Shown one piece after another: positions 1-10,029 of a stretch of 64,000 nucleotides of DNA. Under the pieces are notes generated by a model. The model had not been told where the DNA came from and made no database searches. It worked only from the letters and a program-made list of their open reading frames with translations. Position 1 is the stretch's first letter, and each line of letters opens with the position of its first letter. The position numbers and the translations under genes are program-made. Source of the DNA: an uncultured virus (IMG/VR IMGVR_UViG_3300022555_000014) (taxonomy: Duplodnaviria; Heunggongvirae; Uroviricota; Caudoviricetes); the IMG/VR virus record IMGVR_UViG_3300022555_000014; one strand, written 5' to 3'.

Positions 1-584
1 GGAATTGGACGATCTTTTTGAATACCAGGGAATACAGAGTTAAAGTCCCTGTAGTAGTCCTTGTACCGATCTGGGTACCTATAGGTTTTCTTTACATAGT
101 TGGGAGGCAACTCGTTTAAAAACTCAACGGAATCCCAATTACGTGCTGTTGGGTAGGCGTAATAAGGATACTGCTGCTTAACCCCGCGCACTACAACAAC
201 ATTTATAGACTTGTTGTTGGTCTTAGCGTAGGTTACCCTATGTAAGCCGTCGTTGATTAGTAGTACTGTCTTACCGCCCGCCTCAAAGGACTCCTCTACT
301 ATAGGAGGTAGGACTGGAATACTTTCTCCGTTCCAGTCTACGTAGTGGTCTTTAGTTAGGCGTGTAACATCAATGCCTTTCTCTAAAAGGGATTCCCACA
401 AGGATTTCTGAGCTTCTAGAATAGGCTTGAGCACATAGTTCTGACAAACAGTTAGATCGTTAGGATTCAACCGCTCCAGGCTGAAATCACAATTTTCGTA
501 AACTAAGTGACGGTCAAAACCCTTCAAGGGAACTTGACGTAACTTTGTAAACAGACCTAAAGTTTCTACGCGAGTAATAAACAT
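1..584 (-). CDS. ParB/sulfiredoxin-like domain protein (runs off window start)
   Basis: Manual translation from ATG at 584 (MFITRVETLG...) stays open to base 1; contains PPIV...LLINDGLHRV, a ParB-N-like DGxHR motif. Not in the supplied ORF track. Confidence 0.6.
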   Translation of the reverse strand, partial: MFITRVETLGLFTKLRQVPLKGFDRHLVYENCDFSLERLNPNDLTVCQNYVLKPILEAQKSLWESLLEKGIDVTRLTKDHYVDWNGESIPVLPPIVEESFEAGGKTVLLINDGLHRVTYAKTNNKSINVVVVRGVKQQYPYYAYPTARNWDSVEFLNELPPNYVKKTYRYPDRYKDYYRDFNSVFPGIQKDRPI

Positions 585-596
585 AGTTTTTCCTTT

Positions 597-1328
597 TTAA
601 GAATCTAAACAGGTAAGTAGTTGGTATAGGCTGTTAAGCCTGCAGTGCATCCTACTAGACTGCACAAAGTTATTGAACTCGTCGTTGTCATACAGTAAAC
701 CGTCACTAGCCATATTAGCCATATGAGCCATAACACTTTGTTTGTCCAAGCTAGTACCGGCTCTTGGAATCCAAATAGCTTTGATTCCCGCGTCATTAGC
801 TGCTTGTATATCACTGTCTAATGAGTCACCGATCATTAAGCAGTCTTCAGACTTAGCTTGAAGTTTATTAAGTACTACATCGTAGTAGCATTTAGACTTA
901 ACAAAACCTAGCTTATAACTGAAAAAGTCTAAAGAAGCGTCACGGTCACCGAAGAATAGATCAAATGCTTCTACAAACGGTCGCCAATTGTCACTAACAA
1001 AAGCTACTGTATAGCCTGCTTTCTTGGCGGCTTCTACAGTTTCAATAGCGTTGAGGATAGGCTTAGACAAAAATAGCTGGTTAGTCCATACCTTCTCTAA
1101 CGCCGCCGTAGGAAACTGGTACGGGTAGTTAGGATTACTGTTAATTATGTCAATTAGCGGCCTAACTAGCGCAACAGTACTGTAAGCTTCAGTAGTCATC
1201 AATAGATGTTTTAGTTTAGGCTCTACCTCGGAAGGTAAACCTAGAAGCTTGGCTAAATACTTAGCAGGAGGAGCGTTAAGCCCCTCCATTAAAGTACTGC
1301 CGATGTCAAACAGCAGAAACTTAGGCAT
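597..1328 (-). CDS. HAD-superfamily hydrolase/phosphatase
   Basis: Motif I FDIGSTL, motif II VSD, motif IV MIGDSLDSDIQAANDAG. Start taken at ATG 1328. Confidence 0.85.
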   Translation of the reverse strand: MPKFLLFDIGSTLMEGLNAPPAKYLAKLLGLPSEVEPKLKHLLMTTEAYSTVALVRPLIDIINSNPNYPYQFPTAALEKVWTNQLFLSKPILNAIETVEAAKKAGYTVAFVSDNWRPFVEAFDLFFGDRDASLDFFSYKLGFVKSKCYYDVVLNKLQAKSEDCLMIGDSLDSDIQAANDAGIKAIWIPRAGTSLDKQSVMAHMANMASDGLLYDNDEFNNFVQSSRMHCRLNSLYQLLTCLDS

Positions 1329-1332
1329 TACA

Positions 1333-1626
1333 CTACCTTTCAAAGGTATCAGGCAAACAAGAATTTACGGGTAAAGCTTCAATATCCTTAGCTAGACGCA
1401 CACCTATGGCCCAACCATGATATTGTTTGCTTTTCTGATGAACCTCAGAGATAGCTTTATCCCTAAAGTTAATCTGACCTTGTTGATAGAAAAACACCCG
1501 GTCGTCATCTAAACAAGTAGTTAGCGTCTCAAACTTGAGATTTTGATTTCTCAGAAAAGCTAGCTCTGGTTTAGTTACTGTCGTGTAGTTTAGCAAACCT
1601 AACAAATAGTTTAACACTGTTAGCAT
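1333..1626 (-). CDS. hypothetical protein
   Basis: ORF tightly packed in a minus-strand operon. Confidence 0.55.
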   Translation of the reverse strand: MLTVLNYLLGLLNYTTVTKPELAFLRNQNLKFETLTTCLDDDRVFFYQQGQINFRDKAISEVHQKSKQYHGWAIGVRLAKDIEALPVNSCLPDTFER

Positions 1627-1913
1627 TAGGTACCTCCTCTCACTCGTATCAAGTTACTCAAATGGGTGTTCTTCCTTACAGCTATGATCAGCCAATCCCA
1701 AAGTGTTAAACTGTTATTAGCCTCGTATACCTGACGTGCCCATTCAGCGTTAGTGGCAGCTTCTGTTAGATACTGAGTTAAGTTTGGTGCTGCAACTAAC
1801 TTAGCTAACTTAATCAGTTCGCCAAGGAAATAATCACCGTTGCAGATTCCGTAAGTAGCAGCCCTATCATCCATCGGATGCAACGTCGTGGAAGCCTTTA
1901 GATAGTTCTTCAT
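1626..1913 (-). CDS. hypothetical protein
   Basis: ORF with 1-nt overlap to the next gene. Confidence 0.6.
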   Translation of the reverse strand: MKNYLKASTTLHPMDDRAATYGICNGDYFLGELIKLAKLVAAPNLTQYLTEAATNAEWARQVYEANNSLTLWDWLIIAVRKNTHLSNLIRVRGGT

Positions 1914-1918
1914 GGTTT

Positions 1919-2377
1919 TTAACCTTCTTGTTCGCGTTGAAAATCTACTACTATCGGTGCTACCGCCAGAATGTACCGAATGAATTTATCTGACGGTTTA
2001 ACGTTGTGGTCAACTATATAGTGCCTAAAACCTGACGGCCAAACGAAAACATCGGTGTAATAGTCATATGAGCCGTTACAGTTGATACTGCAAAGCCTAC
2101 AATGAGAGGAACCCTTGTAGGCATGAGCGTGACAAAACTTCTCGACAACGTCAAAATGGAGTAGAAACTTGTCTTTATCTTCCCAGATTCCGTTATAAGG
2201 TATCGGCATAGGAAGGTCAGGTTCGTGTTTACTCCATCAAAAACCCTCTTTGATTAAAGAGCCTAAGTTATCGCTAGGAAGTTCTTCAAACAGACAAGGT
2301 GGAGGTGTATTACTACCTTGATGTTCTTTAGAGAAGCCAAACTCAAACCTGTGGTTCAGTTGTATATTGCTTACCAT
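1919..2377 (-). CDS. conserved phage/viral hypothetical protein (YKGxSxCRLC...WPSGFxHY) with in-frame TGA at 2237-2239
   Basis: Track ORF 1919..2209 extends upstream in frame through one TGA (KEGF*WSKHEPDLPMP) to ATG 2377. Confidence 0.55.
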
Positions 2378-3824
2378 TTTTAAGCCTTTGTTCTAGCCTA
2401 GCAAGCTCGCGTCCTACATAGATAGCGTGAGGTACGTCACTGATAGCACAATCCTTAACCAGAGCGTACTCTATACATTCAGCAGTTGTTCCACGGTACT
2501 CTTTTAGAGTAAGTCCGTCATGTCGGTGTTCTACTACTAGTTCATGGGTATCAAGGTCTACGTTAAAAGAGAAATAGCCACAAGAATCAGACTTGAATCC
2601 TTCTTTCTTGTCTACTTCAAAGTTGTGGTAGCCTTCAGCTAGGACTTTTTCAACAATCCGAATCTTATCTACTGCGGCAGGGTCTATAGTAATGGAGTTA
2701 CTTATTACTGTTATTGAGCCGACTTTAATTCCTAAGTTGTCAGGTAGGTTAATTATTACTGTTTGCATTACCACGTAGAGGGCTGCAAAGTTTTTTAACC
2801 ACGCACTCATGCAGTTGTGTACTCTAAATACAGCAGTTAAATTTAACTTATCGTCAATAACTCGTAAATACAGACTTACAAGACAAGGGTGGGCCTTATC
2901 GCCGTCAATTGTCATATCATTGAAATTCTGCCAAAGGCTTATGTAGCAATCCCGACGCGTCGGGTCTTTAGCTAACATGTCTATGACGTAAAGCAGTGTA
3001 TCAATAGGAGAAGATCGTATCCTATGTCCGTAAGTGTATTCTACATCTACTGGCTCAGAACCGTCCAAGAAAGTTAATTGGTACTTTAAGACTTCTTCAT
3101 ACGATGTACCAATGTCGTCTGTAAAGTCTTCTTTTTTAAGAATTGGGTCGTTCACAACCACTTTAACATTGCACAGTTCTGTACGAAGTTTACCTTTGCC
3201 ACAAACAGAATTTTGTTTTCCAAATCTAGCAAGGCGTAAGATAAGCTCTTTCCAAGCTTCTACTGCTTTTTGTCTAACAATAGTGTGACCGTTAACATCC
3301 GAAGGGTAAGTTGTAACTTCCATCTTAGGAAGCGGGATTAGAATGTTGTCAGTTTTTCTAGGGTACTTAGGCTGCATCATTCCTTGCAATACGTTACCTA
3401 GCCCTATATTCAGCTTCGGTCCTAAGTTGAATACTTGAACATCGTCTAAAAGCTCTGGGTTAACCCCGTCATCAATAATCCTGTCTGTCCCGTTAATCTT
3501 TAGTAAACCGTCTCCTATCGGAGTACAACCCAACTTTATAAAATTGGTAAAGTGTTCCGCTGACTGTGAAAGGTTTTGCCCAAGAATTACTACGGTTGTT
3601 ACCGTGTTATTGAGGGCTAGTGACCTAAGCAACTGCGGTAGACCGTCCCCGTAGAAGTTACTGATAGCACACAGCAACGAAGTTTCTGGTTTAAGGTCAA
3701 ACCCTTCACGCTCTAGGAACTTGAGAACAGTTTTGACTGGTGTCCATAATGTAAGAATAATAGCACTAGCATTAGGGTTTACAACCGTAATTCTGTCTTT
3801 GTGGTACAATAATTGTAACGGCAT
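2343..3824 (-). CDS. thymidylate synthase-like protein with MtrA-like N-terminal and DUF4346-like C-terminal domains
   Basis: YTYGHRIR, HPCL (catalytic Cys), FRVHN motifs; C-terminal HAIYVGRELA. GGAG RBS before ATG 3824. Confidence 0.75.
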   Translation of the reverse strand: MPLQLLYHKDRITVVNPNASAIILTLWTPVKTVLKFLEREGFDLKPETSLLCAISNFYGDGLPQLLRSLALNNTVTTVVILGQNLSQSAEHFTNFIKLGCTPIGDGLLKINGTDRIIDDGVNPELLDDVQVFNLGPKLNIGLGNVLQGMMQPKYPRKTDNILIPLPKMEVTTYPSDVNGHTIVRQKAVEAWKELILRLARFGKQNSVCGKGKLRTELCNVKVVVNDPILKKEDFTDDIGTSYEEVLKYQLTFLDGSEPVDVEYTYGHRIRSSPIDTLLYVIDMLAKDPTRRDCYISLWQNFNDMTIDGDKAHPCLVSLYLRVIDDKLNLTAVFRVHNCMSAWLKNFAALYVVMQTVIINLPDNLGIKVGSITVISNSITIDPAAVDKIRIVEKVLAEGYHNFEVDKKEGFKSDSCGYFSFNVDLDTHELVVEHRHDGLTLKEYRGTTAECIEYALVKDCAISDVPHAIYVGRELARLEQRLKNGKQYTTEPQV

Positions 3825-3888
3825 AAAAGTTACTCCACTCAATTTAGATTTGACTCTAACATAGGTATTTGAGAAAGTCAAGAGAAAT

Positions 3889-4527
3889 TTAAGTAAGTTT
3901 ATTTGTTTTTCTATAGAGAAAAAGTAAGGTTTTACTCTCGCGAGCTAGACGTTTGTTCTTGGGGTAGAAGTCAAAGGCTCTCATTCCTAATCCTGCCATT
4001 GATATATCTGTTTGTATTGGCGTCATCGTAGTAGAGTCAACCGCGTCTAGTTTAAGGTTGTTACGCTTCATTAGGTTAGCTATCGCCGTCTTGCTTCCGA
4101 AACAGCGGCAATTTCCGTCTGCCACTAACGTGTAGCTGAACGCTATCGCCAAATGTCTTAAAATACCTTCAAGAAGCTCACCACCGTCTACCTTTAACCA
4201 TTTGAGAATATAGGGGTTAATGTAACCGTTGTGCTCATAAGGTTCTATTTCTAACTTTACGCTACAGTTAAAAATTGTCTCGTTTGCGTAGTTCAGGTCT
4301 TTTAACTCCCCGGCTATAAACATATTACGGTCAGCCTTGCTAGTAGCGAAAATTGACCAGCAGCCTAGCCTGATAATATCTGTCCAGTTGTCAGTCAACT
4401 CCTTGTAGGATAAGGCTCCTAGACTAGTTGGTCCTGGAACCCAAGGTGCCGGTGGACCGTATTTTTCTGGCTCACGACGATGTCTATAAAATGAAGGATG
4501 TAGCCCACCAATGCATGCAAAGGTCAT
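3889..4527 (-). CDS. hypothetical protein
   Basis: 212-aa ORF with AGGAAG RBS. Confidence 0.6.
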   Translation of the reverse strand: MTFACIGGLHPSFYRHRREPEKYGPPAPWVPGPTSLGALSYKELTDNWTDIIRLGCWSIFATSKADRNMFIAGELKDLNYANETIFNCSVKLEIEPYEHNGYINPYILKWLKVDGGELLEGILRHLAIAFSYTLVADGNCRCFGSKTAIANLMKRNNLKLDAVDSTTMTPIQTDISMAGLGMRAFDFYPKNKRLARESKTLLFLYRKTNKLT

Positions 4528-4540
4528 TAGTTTTCTTCCT

Positions 4541-5554
4541 TTAGCTCATGAAGTGAGTGACAGCACTTTGATCAATAACCTCATTTCTTGACTTGGTTTC
4601 TTCTAGAGACTTGGACTCAATAATAGCACGAAGAATTCTAGTTACCTCTTTAGCTAAGATGTCTATCAAAGCTCTGTCGTACAGAGGTTGATCTATTATT
4701 GGAGTGCTGCGCTTACCTTTTAGTGCCGTGTTACGGATAATATGCCAAGTTTCAGTGTCCCTGATTTTATTTTTTAAGTCAAACCCTATACAGGAATTAA
4801 CATCACCAGGAGTAATGATAGCTCCCGTCTCGTATAAACATTGCTTACAAGCGTCTTTGATAGTTAGAACTTTGCCTGATACACGACCGCTAGTAAGGTA
4901 TTTATAAACAAGTTCTACTACTATCTGCCCAGCGTGAGCGGCCGTTTCTAAAGTGTTTTTATAGTACCTTAACCAAATCTCAGCAAGTCTAATGTTACCT
5001 TTGCGCCATTCAGTATGCGGCTGCAAGGTAATCCTATTTAACCCAATACGCTTATTTTTAGCGGTATCAGGAATGTTATTAGTCCAAGCTTTGAGACTAT
5101 TTACAGACAAATTGCCTATCTTACTCATAAGTTTTAATTTGTCTCCTAGCTTGTCAACATTTCTGACTGTTTCAACTTGAATGTAATGAATGTATTCATG
5201 AAACAGTTGTCCTCTCATAAGACTTATAGCCTTTACATTAAGTTTCATCTCTTTAGGTAAAATTAAACCAATAGCTCTTTCGTCTCCCGAGGATTCAAAC
5301 TGATGATATGCAGTTATAGTTGTGGCGCCTTCTAGCATATGTATCCTAACCTTTAGTGACCTTGCGTCTGTGTTAGTTAAAGGAAACTGTACAGGATTGT
5401 TAACGTCGTCACGGTATTCTACATTAGGCCAATTTTGTTTAATCTCTTGTAGTACTTCCTCAATGAAGGTAAAGTCTTCTTCTACAAACTTTAAAGTAGC
5501 GAGTTCAACGTACTTGGCTATACGTTGATCTGCTGTAGTTACGGGAACAATCAT
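4541..5554 (-). CDS. putative zincin-type metallopeptidase (HExxH), paralog of the neighbouring genes
   Basis: HEYIH motif followed later by E..AHA; shares WLRYYK, LTIK.AC..CLYE and EVTR.LRAIIE with 5578..6414. Confidence 0.5.
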   Translation of the reverse strand: MIVPVTTADQRIAKYVELATLKFVEEDFTFIEEVLQEIKQNWPNVEYRDDVNNPVQFPLTNTDARSLKVRIHMLEGATTITAYHQFESSGDERAIGLILPKEMKLNVKAISLMRGQLFHEYIHYIQVETVRNVDKLGDKLKLMSKIGNLSVNSLKAWTNNIPDTAKNKRIGLNRITLQPHTEWRKGNIRLAEIWLRYYKNTLETAAHAGQIVVELVYKYLTSGRVSGKVLTIKDACKQCLYETGAIITPGDVNSCIGFDLKNKIRDTETWHIIRNTALKGKRSTPIIDQPLYDRALIDILAKEVTRILRAIIESKSLEETKSRNEVIDQSAVTHFMS

Positions 5555-5577
5555 AATAACGCCTTCTTTAAAAGAGT

Positions 5578-6414
5578 TTAGCTCATAAGGCTACCCATAC
5601 GACTCCTATCAATTATAGCAGGGTAGATATTTACTTCGTCTAGTGTTCTATCCTCAATTATAGCTCGTAAAACTCGTGTAACTTCGTTAATAATAGTATC
5701 TAAAGCCTGGAGGTACATGCCTGATCTAATAAAGTAATTTTCTAAAAGTTTCCAAGGCTCGGTGTCTTTTACTCTATTTTCTAAAGTATAAGACGCTTTA
5801 ACAATCTCTTCTACTGGAGCTTGAAACATGCGCCCAATTCTTTCGTATAGACAACGATTACAGGCTTCCTTGATGGTCAATGTTGGTAACGCTGAGGTAC
5901 GTCTTCCTTTAAGGTGGTAATACACTATCTCAACTACTATCTCGCCTATTACCGGAGAGCTGACTAATATAGGTTTATAATATCTAAGCCATACGTCAGA
6001 TAGGTGTAATACGTTTTTAGTTAATTGCTCGTTAGATTTTACAGACAGTAAGCTTAACTTTGTTAATGGTAACATCTTGCTACCAAGAGAATCTACACCT
6101 TCTACCATATTAGCCTTAAATTTAGGAAACCGCTCTTTAAACATGTCTGTATATAACACATCTTTACTGCTAACTCTAGCTTTTATAGGAGTCTGTAAAC
6201 TACTAAACTTTGATAAAGGTGTAGTCTCTACATTGTTAACATGATCAAAAAGTTCAGTAAGGTGATCATCAACTCGTAGAATTGTTGATAGTTCTACAAA
6301 CTGTGTTAGCCTTAGTTCCGTTTCATGTGGCTTAGTCATAATATAGCCTTTTATTGTAGACAACAGGGTATAGGTAGCAATCCGGCTTGACGCAGTAGAT
6401 TGTCCAATAACCAT
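5578..6414 (-). CDS. paralog of 4541..5554 lacking HExxH
   Basis: Shared blocks WLRYYK, GEIVVEIVY, NRVKDTEPW, EVTRVLRAIIE. Confidence 0.65.
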   Translation of the reverse strand: MVIGQSTASSRIATYTLLSTIKGYIMTKPHETELRLTQFVELSTILRVDDHLTELFDHVNNVETTPLSKFSSLQTPIKARVSSKDVLYTDMFKERFPKFKANMVEGVDSLGSKMLPLTKLSLLSVKSNEQLTKNVLHLSDVWLRYYKPILVSSPVIGEIVVEIVYYHLKGRRTSALPTLTIKEACNRCLYERIGRMFQAPVEEIVKASYTLENRVKDTEPWKLLENYFIRSGMYLQALDTIINEVTRVLRAIIEDRTLDEVNIYPAIIDRSRMGSLMS

Positions 6415-7175
6415 GACTTAAACTTCTCAATTTCAAAGTAAAGACGTTCTATCAACCTAATTACGGCCTGACACAAAGCTGACAAAATTAACTCGTGGTC
6501 TAGACGGTCAGTATTTAAAATTAGATATTGCCAAAAATCCGTAACACGAATCTTGTTAGGTAAGTTGCTACCAACAACCGTTGTCTTTAAGTTATAGTCA
6601 TATTCGCTATGGCGCTTGATAAGATTAAGGCACTGATTCTTGAAGAAGTGTTGATACATTTTTATTGGCCGGGTTTCTTGACCGTTCTTAAACAAGTCCA
6701 ATAATATACACCCTGTAAACGTACTACCTAACGCTTCTTGAAAGAAAGCCCGCCAACTAGAGTGCTCATAAGATAAGTGGTTTGTCTCCTCTAGTGAAGA
6801 GTTTTCAAACTTATAGTAAGACCAAACGGACTCCTTCAACTCAACCGAATTAGCTTCATGAAAAAACTTAGTGTACAGGTACATAGCGTAGCCTTGCTGT
6901 ACGTCCTTTAGAGCGTTGTCAACAAAGTCTTCCCTCTCTTCGATGGCGGAATCTACGAACACGATTAGCTTCTTGTTAACTGAATCGTACCAGTGAGACA
7001 AACAGCCGTCACGATGCTCCCTAGAGATGACGTTAACTTCTATTTCTTCGTTAAAAAGAGTACGAACCTTAAACTCAGCCTGATTATCTTCCACATACAG
7101 AATAGACGGGAAGTTCCTCATCATGCTAGTCTGACAGTCACGACTAAATCCGTGGTTCTTGGGAATCTCTAACAT
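6351..7175 (-). CDS. hypothetical protein, possible distant paralog of the two downstream genes
   Basis: NKIRVTDFW resembles NKIRDTETW; GAGG RBS. Confidence 0.55.
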   Translation of the reverse strand: MLEIPKNHGFSRDCQTSMMRNFPSILYVEDNQAEFKVRTLFNEEIEVNVISREHRDGCLSHWYDSVNKKLIVFVDSAIEEREDFVDNALKDVQQGYAMYLYTKFFHEANSVELKESVWSYYKFENSSLEETNHLSYEHSSWRAFFQEALGSTFTGCILLDLFKNGQETRPIKMYQHFFKNQCLNLIKRHSEYDYNLKTTVVGSNLPNKIRVTDFWQYLILNTDRLDHELILSALCQAVIRLIERLYFEIEKFKSWLLDNLLRQAGLLPIPCCLQ

Positions 7176-7198
7176 AATTAACCTCTTCTTATTGTTGA

Positions 7199-7235
7199 AA
7201 CAGGCAAGGGTAGAACGATTCTACCCTTGCCTGTT
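7199..7235 (-). terminator. hairpin terminator
   Basis: AACAGGCAAGGGTAGAA / TTCTACCCTTGCCTGTT inverted repeat directly after the stop of 7240..8241. Confidence 0.7.
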
Positions 7236-7239
7236 ATCG

Positions 7240-8241
7240 TCAAGTAGCTAAAGTTACAGTGGTTACTGGTCCTAATGAGACTATAACAGACTCCAAGCTA
7301 CTAGTATCAATGTTACCGTCTACCACAAAGATTAAGTTCGTAGCACTGGTCAGTTTAGGTAAAATAGTAGACAATTTACTAGTAGTGTGTGCTAAGTCAC
7401 TATCAGTTCCTGTGATTAGCGTAGGCAAACCATCGAAGACAACAACTTGAGCAGTACCAATAGGCCAGTAACTATTGTTATCATCGCCTAGAATTTCTGC
7501 AAAGATATCATCAAAGTAAACGTATCGTAAGGTTTTACCAGCAATAGCAAGTTCGTTGGCTATAGCTATAGCCAGTGATGAACTACCACAGCAGAGAGGC
7601 CCGCGTATCACCAAGGAGCACTTGTTATCGTTATTTGTGTTTGTTGTTTGAGTAACTTGATTTACGAAATTGGTAACTGTGATTGCGATTGTTGTTGGGT
7701 TTGCAAGTAATCCAATTTTTTGGTTTTTATCAAAATCAGCTAAGCGAGATAGGTAAGGTATTCCTGATTCATCCAAGTACATATCAGGCCGTAGCTCTAT
7801 AGTCAAGTTGATTATGCTAGTTAATGTCAGCAAACCAATTACTACATAAGCAATAGTGGACCAACTGTACTCATAACTAACATACGCCAGGGCGCAACCT
7901 ATACCAATGTAGTATAGTGCTGTAGCAATATTGGTTAACAATGAGGAAGTGTCTAGAGGAAACATTCCAGATTCTTCATTATTTTTTACTGCAGCTTGGA
8001 AGTCACAGCATTCTTTATAAGCCCAACCTACCCACACCAAAAGTGGACAAAGCCAAGTGAAGCTTAGACTACCAAACAAGCTGATAAGTGGCAAGGAGGG
8101 TACTAACCCTATGGTAACATGACCTAAGTCATCAGAAAGCTGCTGATAAACGTAAGTAATAGCATTATTAGCAGCTTTACTTTGAAGTAGTTGAAATCTT
8201 ATAGACGACCAAACCTGAGACGCGTTGCTAAATACCGACAT
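7240..8241 (-). CDS. membrane protein with degenerate C-terminal P-loop NTPase-like domain
   Basis: Several hydrophobic helices, then IRGPLCCGSSSLA (Walker A lacking Lys) and VVVFDG. Confidence 0.55.
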   Translation of the reverse strand: MSVFSNASQVWSSIRFQLLQSKAANNAITYVYQQLSDDLGHVTIGLVPSLPLISLFGSLSFTWLCPLLVWVGWAYKECCDFQAAVKNNEESGMFPLDTSSLLTNIATALYYIGIGCALAYVSYEYSWSTIAYVVIGLLTLTSIINLTIELRPDMYLDESGIPYLSRLADFDKNQKIGLLANPTTIAITVTNFVNQVTQTTNTNNDNKCSLVIRGPLCCGSSSLAIAIANELAIAGKTLRYVYFDDIFAEILGDDNNSYWPIGTAQVVVFDGLPTLITGTDSDLAHTTSKLSTILPKLTSATNLIFVVDGNIDTSSLESVIVSLGPVTTVTLAT

Positions 8242-8257
8242 GGATAAAATCCTCTCC

Positions 8258-8887
8258 TTAAGTTAACCACAATAGGCTCACAATCGTTAGAGTATTGAAG
8301 AATCCTACACCTAGCTCTGCCACCCAAACCTCGTAGTCGGGAAGCATCCAATTACCGACTAAATAACTACCTGTAGATAGTAGTCCAAAAATAGGCGGGT
8401 ATATTGCTAATCCTGGAAACCAGAAAAGCAACGGTAGGGCTATTAAACATCCACTAAATAAATGGATAAAAAATAACCCTAAACTGTCCCTAACAACTAA
8501 GTTCTTTATACCGTCTAGAAAACTCAGTATAAATAAGTCACTCTTGTCAGCTACTGATTCCCTACCAGCCTGTTGATAACAACCGTGGGGAAACAGAATA
8601 GTGATGACACTACTGGCTATTAGTACACCAATTAAGCTGATAGCCGGTAACTGAACCTTGGAGATTAGTGCTGTTACTACAAGTAGCCCGGTGAACACGG
8701 AACCGTAAAATATCCTAGCAAACTGTGTACCGAAGGGTAGCCACAATCCGTTAGGTTTATCCCAACCTCCACGTAACCTATACGATACTGCACCAATAAC
8801 TGACATGAGCAAAAGAATAATAGTAGCTAAGCTAGTATTGCTAGTGATATCTGCTAAGTTAGGTACACAGTAGCTTAAGTTAATCAC
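8258..8887 (-). CDS. multi-pass membrane protein
   Basis: Multiple hydrophobic segments; YRLRGG motif. Confidence 0.65.
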   Translation of the reverse strand: MINLSYCVPNLADITSNTSLATIILLLMSVIGAVSYRLRGGWDKPNGLWLPFGTQFARIFYGSVFTGLLVVTALISKVQLPAISLIGVLIASSVITILFPHGCYQQAGRESVADKSDLFILSFLDGIKNLVVRDSLGLFFIHLFSGCLIALPLLFWFPGLAIYPPIFGLLSTGSYLVGNWMLPDYEVWVAELGVGFFNTLTIVSLLWLT

Positions 8888-9657
8888 AATACACCTGCCT
8901 TCTTAAATTGTAGATAAACATGACTTAGGTAACGTAGCTCATACCCGTCTACTTTGTACTTGTCTGATATAGCTTTGTACTTTTTGAAGTCTCCCGTGTT
9001 ACTCCTGGCTTCTGTCAACGCCGTTAAAAAGTTTTTACCGATATCGCTAGATAGATAATCAACCATACAGTCAAACGCTTTTCGTATGGCGCTTGTACGC
9101 TTCTTAATTAGTTTATCACCTTCTATAGTAAACTCTTCTTTGGTGATAACACCAAACAAATACTTGACTAAAAGAAGTTTACACTCCTCCCTACGTTTAG
9201 CCGCAGACATACTGTAGATAAACGAGTTATAATAGTTAATAAACCTACCTTCTACATTGAACTTTATTAAAAGGTTGATCAGATTTCTTGGAGTGTGTTC
9301 TATAACATCAGAAGAGTTTCGTTTAAACTGCTCAGAGTCAAACCAGTTAGGTTCTGGTTTAACTTTAATCGGCATTAGATCGCAGTTGTCCAGCTTACAA
9401 TCAACTAATTTTATCTCTTTCAAGTCAAACAACTTGATAGCCGAATCAAAAACTATACCAACAACCCTATTAGTCCTATACTTTCGTAAGTAGGTTACCA
9501 TGTCCTTTACTGATAGGAACATTAGCACGTCAGGGTAAGTCAAGGAGTAGTCTTTAGCTTTTATGAAAAGTTCAACCTTCTTATCTTGCAGAGTCTTCTG
9601 CAATTGTGAGAAGACGGAAAAAGGGTCGGCGTAGGCTATCCCGTACGCTGAAATCAT
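8884..9657 (-). CDS. hypothetical protein
   Basis: ORF; start placed at ATG 9657 after AAGGTGG. Confidence 0.6.
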   Translation of the reverse strand: MISAYGIAYADPFSVFSQLQKTLQDKKVELFIKAKDYSLTYPDVLMFLSVKDMVTYLRKYRTNRVVGIVFDSAIKLFDLKEIKLVDCKLDNCDLMPIKVKPEPNWFDSEQFKRNSSDVIEHTPRNLINLLIKFNVEGRFINYYNSFIYSMSAAKRREECKLLLVKYLFGVITKEEFTIEGDKLIKKRTSAIRKAFDCMVDYLSSDIGKNFLTALTEARSNTGDFKKYKAISDKYKVDGYELRYLSHVYLQFKKAGVL

Positions 9658-9673
9658 GGATTCCACCTTATTG

Positions 9674-9973
9674 CTAGGCGCGGCAGCACATTTCCGGGTT
9701 AACCGAGGTAAGCAGCTTCTTGTACTGATTGAAGACTGCAATAGACTTCTTACCATGGTCTGTCAGACGGTATACCTTGGGACGAACCTTATGCACCAGC
9801 TTCTTGTGAGGAAGCTTGTTCTTTTCTAAGAGAGACAGTTGCCTGCTGTTAAGTGTGACTCCGTTACCTTCATCATTAGATTTTAAGAAAGCTAGAATCT
9901 TAACCTCAGATTCCTTAGGGAGGTATAGATAACTACTGCTGTGCATCGTATAGAACACCGCTTCCTTAGACAT
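9674..9973 (-). CDS. small basic hypothetical protein (possibly winged-helix-like)
   Basis: GGAG RBS; C-terminal VYRLTDHGK resembles a wing motif. Confidence 0.5.
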   Translation of the reverse strand: MSKEAVFYTMHSSSYLYLPKESEVKILAFLKSNDEGNGVTLNSRQLSLLEKNKLPHKKLVHKVRPKVYRLTDHGKKSIAVFNQYKKLLTSVNPEMCCRA

Positions 9974-10029
9974 TAAAGTCTCCGTTTAAAAGGACTTGTT
10001 GATTAAAAAGACTCTTCCTTCATCTAAAA

